Shown here one piece after another: positions 11,748 through 22,723 of a DNA stretch of 64,000 nucleotides. Each line of letters begins with the position of its first letter. Within the stretch, counting starts at the first letter, position 1. Where the stretch lies: assembly GCA_965218295.1 (NCBI GenBank), contig CBDCKN010000003.1:384001-448000 (forward strand). The letters run 5' to 3'. The stretch is from Longimicrobiales bacterium. GTDB lineage: Bacteria; Gemmatimonadota; Gemmatimonadetes; Longimicrobiales; Gaopeijiaceae. Under the pieces are notes generated by a model, which saw only the letters and a program-made list of their open reading frames with translations, did no database searches and was not told the DNA's origin. The position numbers were made by a program, and so were the translations under genes.

Positions 11748-12788
11748 TCACACGTTGAACCGCACGTGCATGATGTCGCCGTCGGCGACGACGTAGTCCT
11801 TTCCCTCGACCTGGAGACGCCCCGCGTCCTTCACCGCCTGCTCCGAGCGGTACTGCATGAAGGTCTCATACGGGATGACCTCGGCACGGATGAACCCACG
11901 CTCCAGGTCGGAGTGAATCCGTCCCGCGGCGGGTCGGGCTCTGGTGCCCCGGCCGATGGTCCACGCCCGCACCTCGTCGTGCCACACGGTGAAGAACGAG
12001 ATGAGGTCCATGAGGCCGTAGGCCGTCCGGATGAACCTGGCGAGGGCGGACTCTCCGAGGCCCAGGTCTTCGAGAAAGGCGGCCTGGTCTTCGGCGTCGA
12101 GTCCGGCGATCTCGGCCTCCACGCTGGCGGATAACACGAGACCTGCAGCGTGTAATTCGCTCAGACGGGACTCGAGATCCGGAGGCAAAGGGTCACCGGC
12201 CTGGTCCTCGGCGCGATTCAGGGCCACGAGGAGGGGCCGGTCCGAGAGCAAGCCGAAGCCCCTCAGGTAGTCACGATTCAACTCCTCGGCTGGGACGGAT
12301 CGCAGCGGGCGCTCCTCCTCCAGTGCCGCTTTCATCGTCTCGAACGAGGCCACCTCCTGCACGTCGGCCTGCTCCTTTCGTGCTCGGTCGAGCCGCCGCT
12401 CGACGATTTCGTGGTCGGCGAAGACGGACTCGGCGTGGAAGGCCTCCAGATCCCCCATGGGATCGGGGTCACCTTCGAGCGTGGGATTGGGAAAGTCCCT
12501 GAGCACCAGACAAAGCGCCTCCTGATCCCGGATCTGTTGAAGAGCCCGAGGCGAGAGGCCCTTCTTCTCGGCGCCGTGCTCCCCAGGGATGTCGCAGAAG
12601 CTCATCTCGGCATACGTGGTCTTCTTCGGCGAGAAGATGCGGGACAGCTCGTCGATCCGCGCGTCGGGCACCCTCACGGTGCCCAGGCGCACTTCGCCGC
12701 CGAAACCTACGGGCACGCCCAGGCCCGTCATCGCGTTGAACACCGTGGTCTTCCCTGAGCCCGCGAATCCAACCAAACCGATCTTCAT
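11748..12788 (-). CDS. ychF: YchF/Obg-like ATPase (DUF933 TGS domain)
   Basis: MKIGLVGFAGSGKTT, AAGRIHSDLERGFIRAEV, EGKDYVVADGD; somewhat divergent (CDIPG). Confidence 0.88.
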   Translation of the reverse strand: MKIGLVGFAGSGKTTVFNAMTGLGVPVGFGGEVRLGTVRVPDARIDELSRIFSPKKTTYAEMSFCDIPGEHGAEKKGLSPRALQQIRDQEALCLVLRDFPNPTLEGDPDPMGDLEAFHAESVFADHEIVERRLDRARKEQADVQEVASFETMKAALEEERPLRSVPAEELNRDYLRGFGLLSDRPLLVALNRAEDQAGDPLPPDLESRLSELHAAGLVLSASVEAEIAGLDAEDQAAFLEDLGLGESALARFIRTAYGLMDLISFFTVWHDEVRAWTIGRGTRARPAAGRIHSDLERGFIRAEVIPYETFMQYRSEQAVKDAGRLQVEGKDYVVADGDIMHVRFNV

Positions 12789-12957
12789 TCCTTCTCCGTT
12801 TTGCGAGGAAGGATACAGTATAGGCGGGGCTGATCCAGTGCGAGAGCGATGGACCGCGTTCCTGCCGATTGGTAGAATCTTCGCCAAGTCGGCAAACTGT
12901 GCTGTCCTTTTGCTACTTTTCCACACCGGAAAAGCACGTCAATCGGCCCCTCGCCAC

Positions 12958-12973
12958 TGGCACGAATCTCGCA
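12958..12973 (+). promoter_or_regulatory. Putative sigma54 -24/-12 promoter
   Basis: TGGCACGAATCTCGCA versus consensus TGGCAC-N5-TTGC. Confidence 0.45.
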
Positions 12974-13193
12974 ACCGATAGGCTCTCGCAGTACCACAGC
13001 AGCATCTCCACCGATCTTCCTCACCTCGAGGCGATGCGTCAGGAGAAGCCCCGAAACGGGAGATCTCCCATGCGTATTTTCTCGTTCCCACCGCGCGCCG
13101 GATGCACCGGCCCGGGTCAGTACCTGCTCGCACTGCAGGTTTGCCCCAGAGATTGGGATGGCGAACAGTTCTCGGCTCCTGGAGACACGAACC

Positions 13194-13349
13194 ATGTATA
13201 GGGCGCCGGGCTCATCGGGCGGCGCCGGGTTCTTCGTCTTCTTCCTCTTCTTCCTCGTGGTTTGTAGCGCCCTGTACATGGGGGCGTGCCCAAGCTCCAC
13301 GGGAGATCCAGGACCGGCGGAAGCCCAGGTTCGTCCCTGGAGCTACTGA
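13194..13349 (+). CDS. Small putative membrane protein (51 aa)
   Basis: GGAG RBS; hydrophobic FFVFFLFFLVVCSALYMGAC segment. Confidence 0.45.
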   Translation: MYRAPGSSGGAGFFVFFLFFLVVCSALYMGACPSSTGDPGPAEAQVRPWSY

Positions 13350-13572
13350 GGCAAGTAGCCTGGTGTCCCGTTGCCGAAGTTCGCGAGCCACCAAGAGGGT
13401 CGGGCCGGTGGGATCAAGGCGGGACGACGCGGCGTAGCGCAAGCGGGCACCGCGCGAAGCGTGGTCGTAAGTAGTCCCAACGCCGAGCCCACGGATGCAC
13501 CGTGCCCTCGACTGGCCGAGACACTTTGGTAACGGGACACTAACAGGGACAGCGACGACCAGGGGTCCACCG

Positions 13573-14950
13573 GAGGTTGGGTCAATAGGTGTGTAAACGT
13601 ATTAGGCGGCGTTCTTCCGCTGTTGGTGTGAGACGGGCTTTCCGTCTTCGAACTTTCTTCCTTCAAATACGTCCTTGAGGAGGTGAGGAGCGTCGAGCCT
13701 TCGGAACCGCTTCTCAGCCACCAAGAGCAACTTCCAGATTAGCGCCGTAGCGCTCTCGACCCGCTTGAACCGCTTCGCTGCTGTCGTCCTGAGCCGTACC
13801 GCGGCGAACGGGCTCTCGACCACGTTCGTCGTGCGTAGATGCTTCCAGTGGTCCTCGGGGAAGTCGTAGAACGCTACCATCCGCTCCCAGTCGTCCTCGA
13901 GTACGTCCACTGCTTTCGGATACCACGGCCTATAGCGTCGGGCGAACACCTCGCGGGCCTTCAGGGCCTCGGCCCGGCTCGGTGCGTAGACCACGGCCCG
14001 GAGAAGATCCTTCGCCTCGCCCTGCTCCCGCTGAGGTAGTCGGTCCAGCACGTTCCTCATCTTGTGGTTCCAGCACCGTTGCTCGCCCGCCTCAGGCCAT
14101 ACCTGCCGTACTGCGCCCCAGATCGCAGCGTTACCGTCCGCCATCAGAAGCCGGGGCGCCTCGATGCCGCGTGCCTTCAGGTCCCGCAACACCTCGGACC
14201 AGGACTCGACCGACTCTCGGTAGCCCGCTCTCAGGGCCAACACCTCTTTCGTCCCGTCTCGCATGGCACCCAGCACCACCAGCAGCGCCGCTTTGTCCCG
14301 CTCCAGCCCTGCCTTCACATAGATCCCGTCCGCCCACACGTAGACGACCTCACGACCCTCCAGGCGACGCTGGCTCCATTCCTCGAACTCCGCCGTCCAT
14401 CCCGCCCGCAGCCGCCGAATCGAAGACTTCGACAGCGGTGCCCCCTCGCCCAGCAGGCCCCGCATCGCCAACTCGAAGTCTCCCTCCGCCAGTCCGTGCA
14501 GATACAGCTCCGGAAGCAGAGCGCCCAGCTCCTTCGTCCGCCTCGCGAACAACGGCAGCACGCGGCTCTCGAACCGCTCCTCAAGGCCTCGAACTCGAGG
14601 GCGTCGGAGTGTGATCGTGCCCGAGCTCATCGCCAGCCGCCTCGGCTTGCCGTATCCGTTGCGGTAGCCCTCGGTCGCGTCCACCACCCTCCTGCGCTCT
14701 GACTTCTCTCGCCCTAGCAACTCCGTGACTTCCTCCTCCAAGATCTGTTGAATGAACTCCTGCGCCTTCTCCCGAACCACTTCTTCCAGAACTTCCCACA
14801 CGGGCGTCCTGGACTCACCCTCGGGTCCCACCGTATTCTTCCTCACGAGGCGTCGTTCCTTTCCCCCGGGCTGTCACCCGGAGTTCGCTGGTTATTACTC
14901 AGCGGAAAGGTACGTCGCCTCTCTTTTTACACACCCTTTGATCCTAGCTC
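13573..14950 (-). mobile_element. IS256-family element, copy 2 (1378 bp)
   Basis: Same IRs as copy 1; perfect 8-bp TSD GTCCACCG (13565-13572, 14951-14958). Confidence 0.97.
13602..14846 (-). CDS. IS256-family transposase
   Basis: 414 aa; two residues differ from copy 1. Confidence 0.97.
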   Translation of the reverse strand: MRKNTVGPEGESRTPVWEVLEEVVREKAQEFIQQILEEEVTELLGREKSERRRVVDATEGYRNGYGKPRRLAMSSGTITLRRPRVRGLEERFESRVLPLFARRTKELGALLPELYLHGLAEGDFELAMRGLLGEGAPLSKSSIRRLRAGWTAEFEEWSQRRLEGREVVYVWADGIYVKAGLERDKAALLVVLGAMRDGTKEVLALRAGYRESVESWSEVLRDLKARGIEAPRLLMADGNAAIWGAVRQVWPEAGEQRCWNHKMRNVLDRLPQREQGEAKDLLRAVVYAPSRAEALKAREVFARRYRPWYPKAVDVLEDDWERMVAFYDFPEDHWKHLRTTNVVESPFAAVRLRTTAAKRFKRVESATALIWKLLLVAEKRFRRLDAPHLLKDVFEGRKFEDGKPVSHQQRKNAA

Positions 14951-14959
14951 GTCCACCGG

Positions 14960-15091
14960 AGTTGTGCTTCTATTGGTGCGAGACCGCAGTCATCGGCGCT
15001 CATGGCCGTGTTCATCGTGCTCAAGATCGTGGTGGATGTGATCGCACCCTTGAGGGAGCACGCGGCAAGCCGGCGGGACGCTCAGGGTTGA
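14960..15091 (+). pseudogene. Remnant of a DUF6498-like membrane gene
   Basis: FYWCETAVIG joined out of frame to ALMAVFIVLKIVVDVIAPLREH. Confidence 0.4.
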
Positions 15092-15173
15092 CAGCCCCAG
15101 GCGTCTTCCATCATATCTATGCATTCTCGTTCACGGTGCGGCGCCATGCGCCCCGCCCAAGGGAGCCCACGGC

Positions 15174-15242
15174 ATGATCTGGACTCAGGCGCTGACCTTT
15201 AGCCTTGACGCCCTTCGACTTATCGGGCTTTTCGGCCGATGA
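15174..15242 (+). CDS. leu operon leader peptide MIWTQALTFSLDALRLIGLFGR
   Basis: GGGAG RBS; 5 Leu codons, 4 of them CTT; upstream TTGACA at 15088-15093; followed by a terminator. Confidence 0.85.
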   Translation: MIWTQALTFSLDALRLIGLFGR

Positions 15243-15305
15243 GAGGGCACCGGTTCGTGCGGCTCGGGGCAGCCTGAGCGGGCGAGACCGGAAGCGCGAA
15301 ACGCG

Positions 15306-15341
15306 CGGGCCCTCTCGGAAACGGGGGGGCCCGGTTTTTTT
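15306..15341 (+). terminator. Attenuator terminator of leuABCD
   Basis: CGGGCCCTCTCG-GAAA-CGGGGGGGCCCG then G and T7; antiterminator GAGAGGGCACCG at 15241-15252. Confidence 0.9.
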
Positions 15342-15362
15342 GGGACTGGCATAGGAAGAACC

Positions 15363-16919
15363 ATGGCCAAGATCAGAATCTTCGATACGACGCTCCGGGA
15401 CGGTGAGCAGTCTCCAGGGTGCACGATGTCCACGGCCGAGAAGCTCAGGATGGCGCATCAGCTCGATGAGTTGGGCGTCGACGTCATCGAGGCGGGCTTC
15501 CCAGTGGCATCGGAGGGCGACTTCAACGGCGTGCGATCCATCGTCCGCGAGGTGCGTCGGCCCATCATCGCGGCCCTGGCGCGGGCGCACCCGGTCGATG
15601 TCGACCGGGCGGCGGCGGCGGTGGAGGAAGCGGAGCACGCGCGGGTGCACGTCTTCCTTGCCACTTCGGACGTCCATCTCGAGCACAAGCTGGAGATCAC
15701 CCGAGACGAATGCCTGGACCAGGTGGTGGACGCCGTCGAGAGGGCCCGGCGACTCGCCGACGACGTGGAGTTCAGCGCCGAAGACGCGACCCGGACTGAC
15801 GCGGCGTTCCTCTGTCAGGTTATACAGGCAGCAGTGGAGGCGGGCGCCACTACCATCAACATCCCCGACACCGTGGGCTATACCTTGCCCAGGGAGTACG
15901 CGGCGCTGATGGAGACACTGTTCCGCGATGTTGAGGGTCTGGAGAACACGGTGGTCAGCGTCCACTGCCACGACGATCTGGGGCTGGCGGTCGCGAACTC
16001 TCTGGCGGCCATCGAGGCTGGGGCGCAGCAGGTCGAGTGCACCATCAACGGCATCGGGGAGCGTGCCGGCAACACGTCTCTCGAGGAGATCGTGATGGCC
16101 CTCAAGGTGCGCGGGGACCTGACCGAGCACCACACGGACGTCAACACGCGATCCCTGTACAAGGCGAGCCAGCTCCTGTCGCACCTGACCGGGATACACC
16201 CCCAGCCCAACAAGGCCATCGTGGGCAAGAACGCCTTCGCTCACGAAGCCGGCATCCATCAGCACGGCATGCTCAAGGAGAAGATGACGTACGAGATCAT
16301 GACCCCGGAGATGGTCGGCGCTCCCGGCACGCAGCTGGTCCTCGGGAAGCACTCCGGGCGGCACGGCCTCAAGAACCGGTACTACGAGCTGGGTTACGAG
16401 CTGGAGTCCGAGGAGCTGGACCGGGCCTACAAGCTGTTCACCCTCCTGGCGGACCAGAAGAAGACGGTCCTAGACGAAGATCTCCTGGTGATCCTGCACC
16501 ATGGGGCCATGGTGGACACCCCGAGGTCGTTCCGGCTCATCGAGCTGGACGTGCACTGCGGCGGCAAGTGGTCCACGGCGCGCGTGCGCCTCACCCACGG
16601 GGACGGCCCTCCCATGGAGGCCTCCGGCAAAGGCGACGGACCCATCGCAGCAGCGTTCTCGGCCATCGACGAGCTGACCGACTCCACCGTCGAGATCGCG
16701 GATTTCGAGATCGTGGCTGCCACTCCGGGTCGGGACGCCGTCGGCGAGGTGAACCTCCACGCCCGCATCGACGGACGGACCTTCGCCGGGCGAGGGGCGT
16801 CTACCGATGTGGTGGACGCCGCGGCCCGCGCCTACATCCATGCCCTTAACAAGGCGGAGCAGGCCAAGACCCTCGAGGGGATGGAACTGGAGAAGGAAAG
16901 CTACCTTTGGGGCGTCTGA
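15363..16919 (+). CDS. leuA: 2-isopropylmalate synthase
   Basis: IFDTTLRDGEQSPG, HCHDDLG, GIGERAGN, plus regulatory domain. Confidence 0.97.
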   Translation: MAKIRIFDTTLRDGEQSPGCTMSTAEKLRMAHQLDELGVDVIEAGFPVASEGDFNGVRSIVREVRRPIIAALARAHPVDVDRAAAAVEEAEHARVHVFLATSDVHLEHKLEITRDECLDQVVDAVERARRLADDVEFSAEDATRTDAAFLCQVIQAAVEAGATTINIPDTVGYTLPREYAALMETLFRDVEGLENTVVSVHCHDDLGLAVANSLAAIEAGAQQVECTINGIGERAGNTSLEEIVMALKVRGDLTEHHTDVNTRSLYKASQLLSHLTGIHPQPNKAIVGKNAFAHEAGIHQHGMLKEKMTYEIMTPEMVGAPGTQLVLGKHSGRHGLKNRYYELGYELESEELDRAYKLFTLLADQKKTVLDEDLLVILHHGAMVDTPRSFRLIELDVHCGGKWSTARVRLTHGDGPPMEASGKGDGPIAAAFSAIDELTDSTVEIADFEIVAATPGRDAVGEVNLHARIDGRTFAGRGASTDVVDAAARAYIHALNKAEQAKTLEGMELEKESYLWGV

Positions 16920-16920
16920 C

Positions 16921-18048
16921 ATGAATTGGCGCATCGCCGTTCTCCCCGGGGACGGAGTCGGCTCCGAGGTAATCGACGCGGCTGTTCTAGTGCTTCGGGC
17001 GACAGCCGAGCGCTTCGGTCACGAAGCGAGCCTGGACTTCCACGACGTGGGCTGGGCCGCCTACGACCGCCACGGCGTCCCGCTTCCCGAAGACACCCTG
17101 GAGGCCTGTCGGTCGGCAGACGCCGTGCTCCTGGGAGCCGTCGGCGATCCCCGCGGAGACGGCCTCGATCCCGAGGTACGGCCGGAGGCGGCTCTCCTGG
17201 CCTTGCGGCAGGAGATGGGGTGCTTCGCAAACCTCCGTCCGGTTCGTCTCCTCGCCGCCCTCGCGGACGCGTCTCCACTGCGCCGCGAGCGTGTCGACGG
17301 CACGGACCTGGTGATCGTCCGCGAGCTGGCCGGCGGGATCTACTACGGAAAGCCCCGCGGCGCCGTCGACGGCGGCCAGGCCGCAGTGGACACCATGCGG
17401 TACCACCGGGACGAAGTCGTCAGGATTGCCAAGGTGGCCTTCGAGACGGCCCGGGGCCGGCGGAAGAAGGTCCTCTCCATCGACAAGGCCAACGTCCTCC
17501 ACAGCTCGAGACTCTGGCGCGAGGTGGTCGACGGCGTGGCGGAGGATTATCCCGATGTGGAGTGCCATCACATGCTCGTCGACCGGGCCGCCATGGAGCT
17601 CGTGCTCAATCCCACCCGCCTCGACGTGATGCTCACGCCGAACCTCTTCGGCGACGTGTTGAGCGACGAAGCCGCCGCGGTGGTGGGATCCATCGGGCTG
17701 CTTGCTTCCGCGAGCATCGGTGGAGACGGTGGAATCTTCGAGCCGGTCCACGGCTCGGCGCCGGACATCGCAGGAACGGGCGCTGCCAATCCCCTCGCCA
17801 CCATCCTGTCGGCGGCACTGCTGCTCCGTCACGTCTACGGACACGAGGCGGAGGCCAGGGCCATCGAAACCGCGGTGGAACAGGTCCTTGAGGGCGGGCT
17901 GCGAACACCGGACCTGGCTCGTGGCGATGAGCCAGCGGTTGGAACGGAAGCCATGGGTGAAGCGGTGGCCGAGGCCGTAGCGAGTGCCGAGGCCGGTGTC
18001 GTGAGCGTCGACGACGTGGCGAGCGAAGAGACGTCATCCCATGCCTAG
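16921..18048 (+). CDS. leuB: 3-isopropylmalate dehydrogenase
   Basis: [34 protein letters not shown]. Confidence 0.97.
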   Translation: MNWRIAVLPGDGVGSEVIDAAVLVLRATAERFGHEASLDFHDVGWAAYDRHGVPLPEDTLEACRSADAVLLGAVGDPRGDGLDPEVRPEAALLALRQEMGCFANLRPVRLLAALADASPLRRERVDGTDLVIVRELAGGIYYGKPRGAVDGGQAAVDTMRYHRDEVVRIAKVAFETARGRRKKVLSIDKANVLHSSRLWREVVDGVAEDYPDVECHHMLVDRAAMELVLNPTRLDVMLTPNLFGDVLSDEAAAVVGSIGLLASASIGGDGGIFEPVHGSAPDIAGTGAANPLATILSAALLLRHVYGHEAEARAIETAVEQVLEGGLRTPDLARGDEPAVGTEAMGEAVAEAVASAEAGVVSVDDVASEETSSHA

Positions 18049-19441
18049 GACGATGCTGGACAAGATCTGGGACGCCCATCTCGTGCACAGCGAGGAGGGC
18101 AGGCCGGACCTCCTTTACATCGATCTCCACCTCCTCCACGAGGTGACCTCGGCGCAAGCGTTCGAGGGGCTTCGCCTGGCGGGCCGGACTGTGCGGCGTC
18201 CCGAGCTCTGTGTGGCCACCGTCGACCACAACGTGCCCACCACCGACCGCTCCCTTCCCATCCTCGACGACCTGGCCCGTCTCCAGATCGGGGCGCTCAG
18301 CAGGAACGCAGAGGAATTCGGGATCGAGCTTTTCGACGTCGACAGCCCCCACCAGGGTATCGTCCACATCATTGGACCGGAGATGGGCTTCACCCAGCCC
18401 GGCATGACCATCGTGTGCGGCGACAGCCACACGTCTACGCACGGAGCGTTCGGGGCTCTGGCCATGGGGATCGGCACATCCCAGGTCGAGCACGTGCTGG
18501 CGACGCAGTGCATGCCCAGGGCCCGGCCCAAGTCCATGGAGATCCGGGTCAATGGGGAGCTGCCGCCTGGAGTGACGGCGAAGGACCTGATCCTCGGCAT
18601 CATCGCCCAGATCGGGATAGCGGGCGGCACCGGCCACGTCATCGAGTACACGGGCGAGGCAGTCCGAGCGCTCTCCATGGAGGAGCGCATGACGGTCTGC
18701 AACATGTCCATCGAAGCGGGTGCTCGCGCCGGCATGATCGCTCCCGACGAGACTACCTTCCGCTATCTGGAGGGACGGCCCAGGGCGCCCCAGGGGGACG
18801 CATTCGAGCACGCCGTGTCCCGCTGGCGGGAGGTCGCCACCGACGAAGGGTCCACCTTCGACAAGACCGTGGAGGTCGATGCAGCGTCCCTGGAGCCCTT
18901 CGTCACGTGGGGGACCAACCCGGGGATGTCGATCCCGGTCACGGGAAGCATCCCGGGCCCCGAATCCGCCGCATCGGCCGACGATCGGGAGGCGGTGGAG
19001 CGGGCTCTCGCCTACATGGACCTGAAGCCCGGTACTCCCATCCAAGAGGTCTCCATCGACCGGGTCTTCCTGGGATCCTGCACCAACGCCCGAATCGAGG
19101 ACCTGCGGGCCGCCGCCTCGGTCCTGGACGGTCACGAAGTCCACGAGAGTGTCCGTGCCATGGTGGTTCCCGGATCGGCGGCGGTGAAGCGCGCCGCCGA
19201 AGAAGAGGGCCTCGACCGGGTGTTCATCGAGGCGGGCTTCGAGTGGCGGGAAGCGGGGTGCTCCATGTGCTTGGGGATGAACCCGGACATCCTGGGCCCC
19301 GGCGAGCGCTGCGCATCCACCTCCAACCGTAACTTCGAGGGACGCCAGGGGCGGGGGGGACGAACGCACCTGGTGAGCCCGCAGATGGCGGCGGCCGCGG
19401 CCGTAGCCGGCCGCTTCGTCGACATTCGGGATTGGGTCTGA
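18041..19441 (+). CDS. leuC: 3-isopropylmalate dehydratase large subunit
   Basis: [44 protein letters not shown]. Confidence 0.98.
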   Translation: MPRTMLDKIWDAHLVHSEEGRPDLLYIDLHLLHEVTSAQAFEGLRLAGRTVRRPELCVATVDHNVPTTDRSLPILDDLARLQIGALSRNAEEFGIELFDVDSPHQGIVHIIGPEMGFTQPGMTIVCGDSHTSTHGAFGALAMGIGTSQVEHVLATQCMPRARPKSMEIRVNGELPPGVTAKDLILGIIAQIGIAGGTGHVIEYTGEAVRALSMEERMTVCNMSIEAGARAGMIAPDETTFRYLEGRPRAPQGDAFEHAVSRWREVATDEGSTFDKTVEVDAASLEPFVTWGTNPGMSIPVTGSIPGPESAASADDREAVERALAYMDLKPGTPIQEVSIDRVFLGSCTNARIEDLRAAASVLDGHEVHESVRAMVVPGSAAVKRAAEEEGLDRVFIEAGFEWREAGCSMCLGMNPDILGPGERCASTSNRNFEGRQGRGGRTHLVSPQMAAAAAVAGRFVDIRDWV

Positions 19442-19444
19442 CCC

Positions 19445-20047
19445 GTGGAGCCTTTCACCACACACACCGGGCTGGTGGCGCCGTTGGATCGCGTCGACGT
19501 GGACACAGATCAGATCATCCCGAAGCAGTTCCTGAAGCGGATCGAGCGCACCGGATACGGCCAGTTTCTCTTTCACGATTGGCGCGCCCGTGAGGACGGC
19601 TCTCCGGACCCCGACTTCTCCCTCAACCGCCCCGAGTACGCCGGAGCCAGCATCCTCGTCGCGGGCCGAAACTTCGGATGTGGCTCGTCCAGGGAGCACG
19701 CGCCCTGGGCGCTGACCGACTTCGGATTCCGGGCCGTCATCGCGCCGAACTTCGCCGACATCTTCAGAAGCAACAGCTTCCAGAATGGCTTGCTGCCCAT
19801 CGAACTGGCCGAAGACGAGGTCGCGCATGTCATTGCGGCGGCCCAGTCCGGCGGCGGGTACTCCATGAGGGTGGATCTGAAGGCGCAACAGGTCAGTGAC
19901 AAAAACGGCTGGCAAGCAGACTTCTCCATCGATCCCTTCCGGAGGCGCTGCCTTCTGAACGGCGTCGACGACATCGCCCTCACGCTCCAGCTCGAGAGCC
20001 GGATCCAGGTGTTCGAGGACGCGCGGAGGGCAGCGGCCACGGGTTGA
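19445..20047 (+). CDS. leuD: 3-isopropylmalate dehydratase small subunit
   Basis: [24 protein letters not shown]. Confidence 0.98.
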   Translation: MEPFTTHTGLVAPLDRVDVDTDQIIPKQFLKRIERTGYGQFLFHDWRAREDGSPDPDFSLNRPEYAGASILVAGRNFGCGSSREHAPWALTDFGFRAVIAPNFADIFRSNSFQNGLLPIELAEDEVAHVIAAAQSGGGYSMRVDLKAQQVSDKNGWQADFSIDPFRRRCLLNGVDDIALTLQLESRIQVFEDARRAAATG

Positions 20048-20063
20048 GTGCCCTCGCCTCGTG

Positions 20064-21749
20064 TCAGCTAGTCGTCGCCCCCGTGGCGGCCGACGACACC
20101 AGCCGTGCGTACTTGGCCATGACCCCAGGAGTGATCTTCCGGTCCGTGGGCCGCCACTCCTTCAGCCTGGCTCGCAACTCATCGTCTCCAAGGTTGACCG
20201 AGAGCGTACGAGCCGGAATGTCGAAGGTGATCTCATCGCCGTCCCGGACGGCGGCGATCGGCCCGCCCGCCACCGCCTCGGGTGCCACATGACCCGCCAT
20301 GAGCCCGTGCGTCGCACCGGAGAATCGACCGTCGGTGAGGAGGCCCACCGTTTCGCCCAATCCGGCCCCGGCGATGGCCGCAGTGACCGCCAGCATCTCC
20401 CGCATGCCGGGCCCGCCGCGGGGCCCCTCACCCCGGATGACCACAACGTCTCCCTCTCGAATCGATCCGCTCTGGACCGCCTCGAAAGCCGTTTCCTCCT
20501 GTTCGAAGACGCGGGCCGGCCCCGAGTGGTACGTCCGCTCGTGGCCGGCCACCTTCAGCACACATCCGTCGGGAGCCAGGTTGCCCTCGAGCACTACCAA
20601 ACCGCCCTGTGCCTTGAGGGGATCGGATACGGGCCGCACGACCTCCTGCCCCGGCGCCTCCATGGCGCCTTCGGTCTCATCCGCCAGTGTCCGTCCGGTG
20701 ACGGTCATGGCTTCTCCATGCAGGAGTCCGGCATCCAGCAGCCGTCGCGTGACCAGCGCGACCCCGCCCGCTCGGTGCAGGTCGGTGGCCACGAATCGCC
20801 CCCCGGGCTTCAGATCGGCGATGAGGGGCGTCCTGGCGCTGATGCGATCGAAGTCGCGCATTTCGAGCGCTACGCCCGCTTCATGAGCCAAAGCCATCAG
20901 GTGCAGCACCGAGTTGGTGGACCCGCCCGTCGCCACGGCGACGGCGATCCCGTTCTCCAGGCTCTTGCGCGTGATGATGTCTCGCGGGCGAAGCTCCGAT
21001 TGGACCAGCTCCACGGCCAGGCGTCCACACGCCCGTGCCACCTCTTCCTTGGCAGGGTCGACCGCCGGGACGGATCCACTGCCCATTGGCGAGACCCCCA
21101 TCGCCTCGAAGATCGTGGCCATGGTGTTCGCCGTGAACTGGCCACCACAGGCACCCGGACCCGGGCAGGCCGCTCTCTCGAGCTCATCCAGGTCCTCCTG
21201 GCTCATGCGCCCGGCGGCGCACGCGCCGATGCCCTCGAAGACGTCCTGGATGGTCACGTCCCGACCTCGATATCGACCGGGCTGGATTGAGCCGCCATAC
21301 AGCATGAGCGAAGGCCGATCCAGCCGAGCCATCGCCATGACCGTGGCCGGAATGGTCTTGTCACAGCCGGAGAGCGTGACCAGGCCATCGAAGTGGTATC
21401 CCCGGGCCACCAGCTCGATGGAGTCCGCCACGACCTCCCTGCTCACCAGCGACGCCTTCATCCCCGCCGTGCCCATGGTGATGCCGTCCGAGACGGCGAT
21501 GGTGTTGAACTCGAGGGCCGCGCCCCCCGCTTCCCGGACGCCCTCCTTCACCCAGGCGCCGAGCTCCCGAAGATGGGCGTTGCAGGGAGTGGTGTCGGTC
21601 CAGGTGTTAGCGACGCCGATCAAGGGCCGGCCGAAGTCGTCATCCCCTAGGCCCACTGCCCGAAGCATCGCACGAGCGCCGGCGCGGTCCCGTCCGAGGA
21701 CGAGGTCGTGGCTGATGAGCGGAAGCCGACGAGTGGACTCACCGCTCAT
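20064..21749 (-). CDS. ilvD: Dihydroxy-acid dehydratase
   Basis: TPCNAHL, SLVSRE, GCDKT, GACGGQFTANTM, GPGMREM, TDGRFSG. Confidence 0.97.
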   Translation of the reverse strand: MSGESTRRLPLISHDLVLGRDRAGARAMLRAVGLGDDDFGRPLIGVANTWTDTTPCNAHLRELGAWVKEGVREAGGAALEFNTIAVSDGITMGTAGMKASLVSREVVADSIELVARGYHFDGLVTLSGCDKTIPATVMAMARLDRPSLMLYGGSIQPGRYRGRDVTIQDVFEGIGACAAGRMSQEDLDELERAACPGPGACGGQFTANTMATIFEAMGVSPMGSGSVPAVDPAKEEVARACGRLAVELVQSELRPRDIITRKSLENGIAVAVATGGSTNSVLHLMALAHEAGVALEMRDFDRISARTPLIADLKPGGRFVATDLHRAGGVALVTRRLLDAGLLHGEAMTVTGRTLADETEGAMEAPGQEVVRPVSDPLKAQGGLVVLEGNLAPDGCVLKVAGHERTYHSGPARVFEQEETAFEAVQSGSIREGDVVVIRGEGPRGGPGMREMLAVTAAIAGAGLGETVGLLTDGRFSGATHGLMAGHVAPEAVAGGPIAAVRDGDEITFDIPARTLSVNLGDDELRARLKEWRPTDRKITPGVMAKYARLVSSAATGATTS

Positions 21750-22723
21750 CGGACGGACACCCGCTTCGGTTGATTCACCAGGCTCCTCCACCCGTGGGGA
21801 TCCGGCCGTTCTCCACGGACGAGATCCATGTACTCCTTCTGCAGCCACTTGGTGAGAGGGCCGACGCCCCCATCCGCGACAAAGATCCGGTCGACGCTTC
21901 GGACAGGAGTGATCTCTGCGGCGGTTCCGGTCAAGAAGAGCTCCTCGGCCAGGTAGAGCATCTCCCTGGGTATGGCTTGTTCTCGTGTGGGAATCCCGAG
22001 ATTATTTGCCAAGGTCAGCACCGAATCCCGCGTGATCCCGCGGAGGTTGGTGCCGTCGAGCGGCGGCGTCATGAGCGTGCCCCCGCTCACGACGAAGAGA
22101 TTCTGGGCGCTGCCCTCGCTGACCAGCCCATCCGGCCGTAGGCCGATGGCCTCGGCGTACCCGTTCGCCTCCGCCTCCATCTTCATGAGTTGGCTCACCA
22201 GGTAGGTACCGCCGGCCTTGGCCATGGTGGGCAGGGTGTTGGGCGCCGGCCGATTCCAGCTCGAGACGCAGACGTCCACGCCCTCCTCGAGGGCCGCCGA
22301 GCCGAGGTACTGCCCCCAGGGCCAGCAGACGACATACGTTTCCACGGGGCTGGCGGCGGGGTGCACGCCCAGGGCGCCGAGGCCGCGAAAAGCCACAGGA
22401 CGGATATAGCCCGAGCTCAGACCGTTGGCTCGCACGACCTCACGACACGCCTCGGCCAGGGTCTCGGCGCTCACGTTCATGGGCATGCGATAGATCCGTG
22501 CGGAATCGAGGAAGCGCTTCACATGGTCTTCGAGCCGAAAGATGGACGGACCGTCTGGTGTCTCGTATAACCGGATCCCCTCGAACACCGATGAACCGTA
22601 GTGCACCACGTGACTCATGACGTGGAGCTGTCCGGCATCCCACGGGACGATCTCCCCGTCTTTCCAGATCCAGTCGGTCTTCTCTGAGAAGTCAGCCACG
22701 GCGGGCTTCCCTTCCTCGCTCAC
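21746..22723 (-). CDS. ilvE: Branched-chain amino acid aminotransferase
   Basis: [39 protein letters not shown] overlap with the ilvC stop. Confidence 0.96.
   Translation of the reverse strand: MSEEGKPAVADFSEKTDWIWKDGEIVPWDAGQLHVMSHVVHYGSSVFEGIRLYETPDGPSIFRLEDHVKRFLDSARIYRMPMNVSAETLAEACREVVRANGLSSGYIRPVAFRGLGALGVHPAASPVETYVVCWPWGQYLGSAALEEGVDVCVSSWNRPAPNTLPTMAKAGGTYLVSQLMKMEAEANGYAEAIGLRPDGLVSEGSAQNLFVVSGGTLMTPPLDGTNLRGITRDSVLTLANNLGIPTREQAIPREMLYLAEELFLTGTAAEITPVRSVDRIFVADGGVGPLTKWLQKEYMDLVRGERPDPHGWRSLVNQPKRVSVR

Noticed and set aside
3544..14950. Composite transposon or inversion bounded by the inverted IS256 pair
   Set aside because: Each copy keeps its own distinct TSD on both sides, so they are independent insertions with no inversion.
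17633..19915. 760-aa antisense ORF (and similar long shadow ORFs such as 20061-21290 and 26452-27900)
   Set aside because: Shadows of GC3-biased real genes on the opposite strand; no recognisable motifs.
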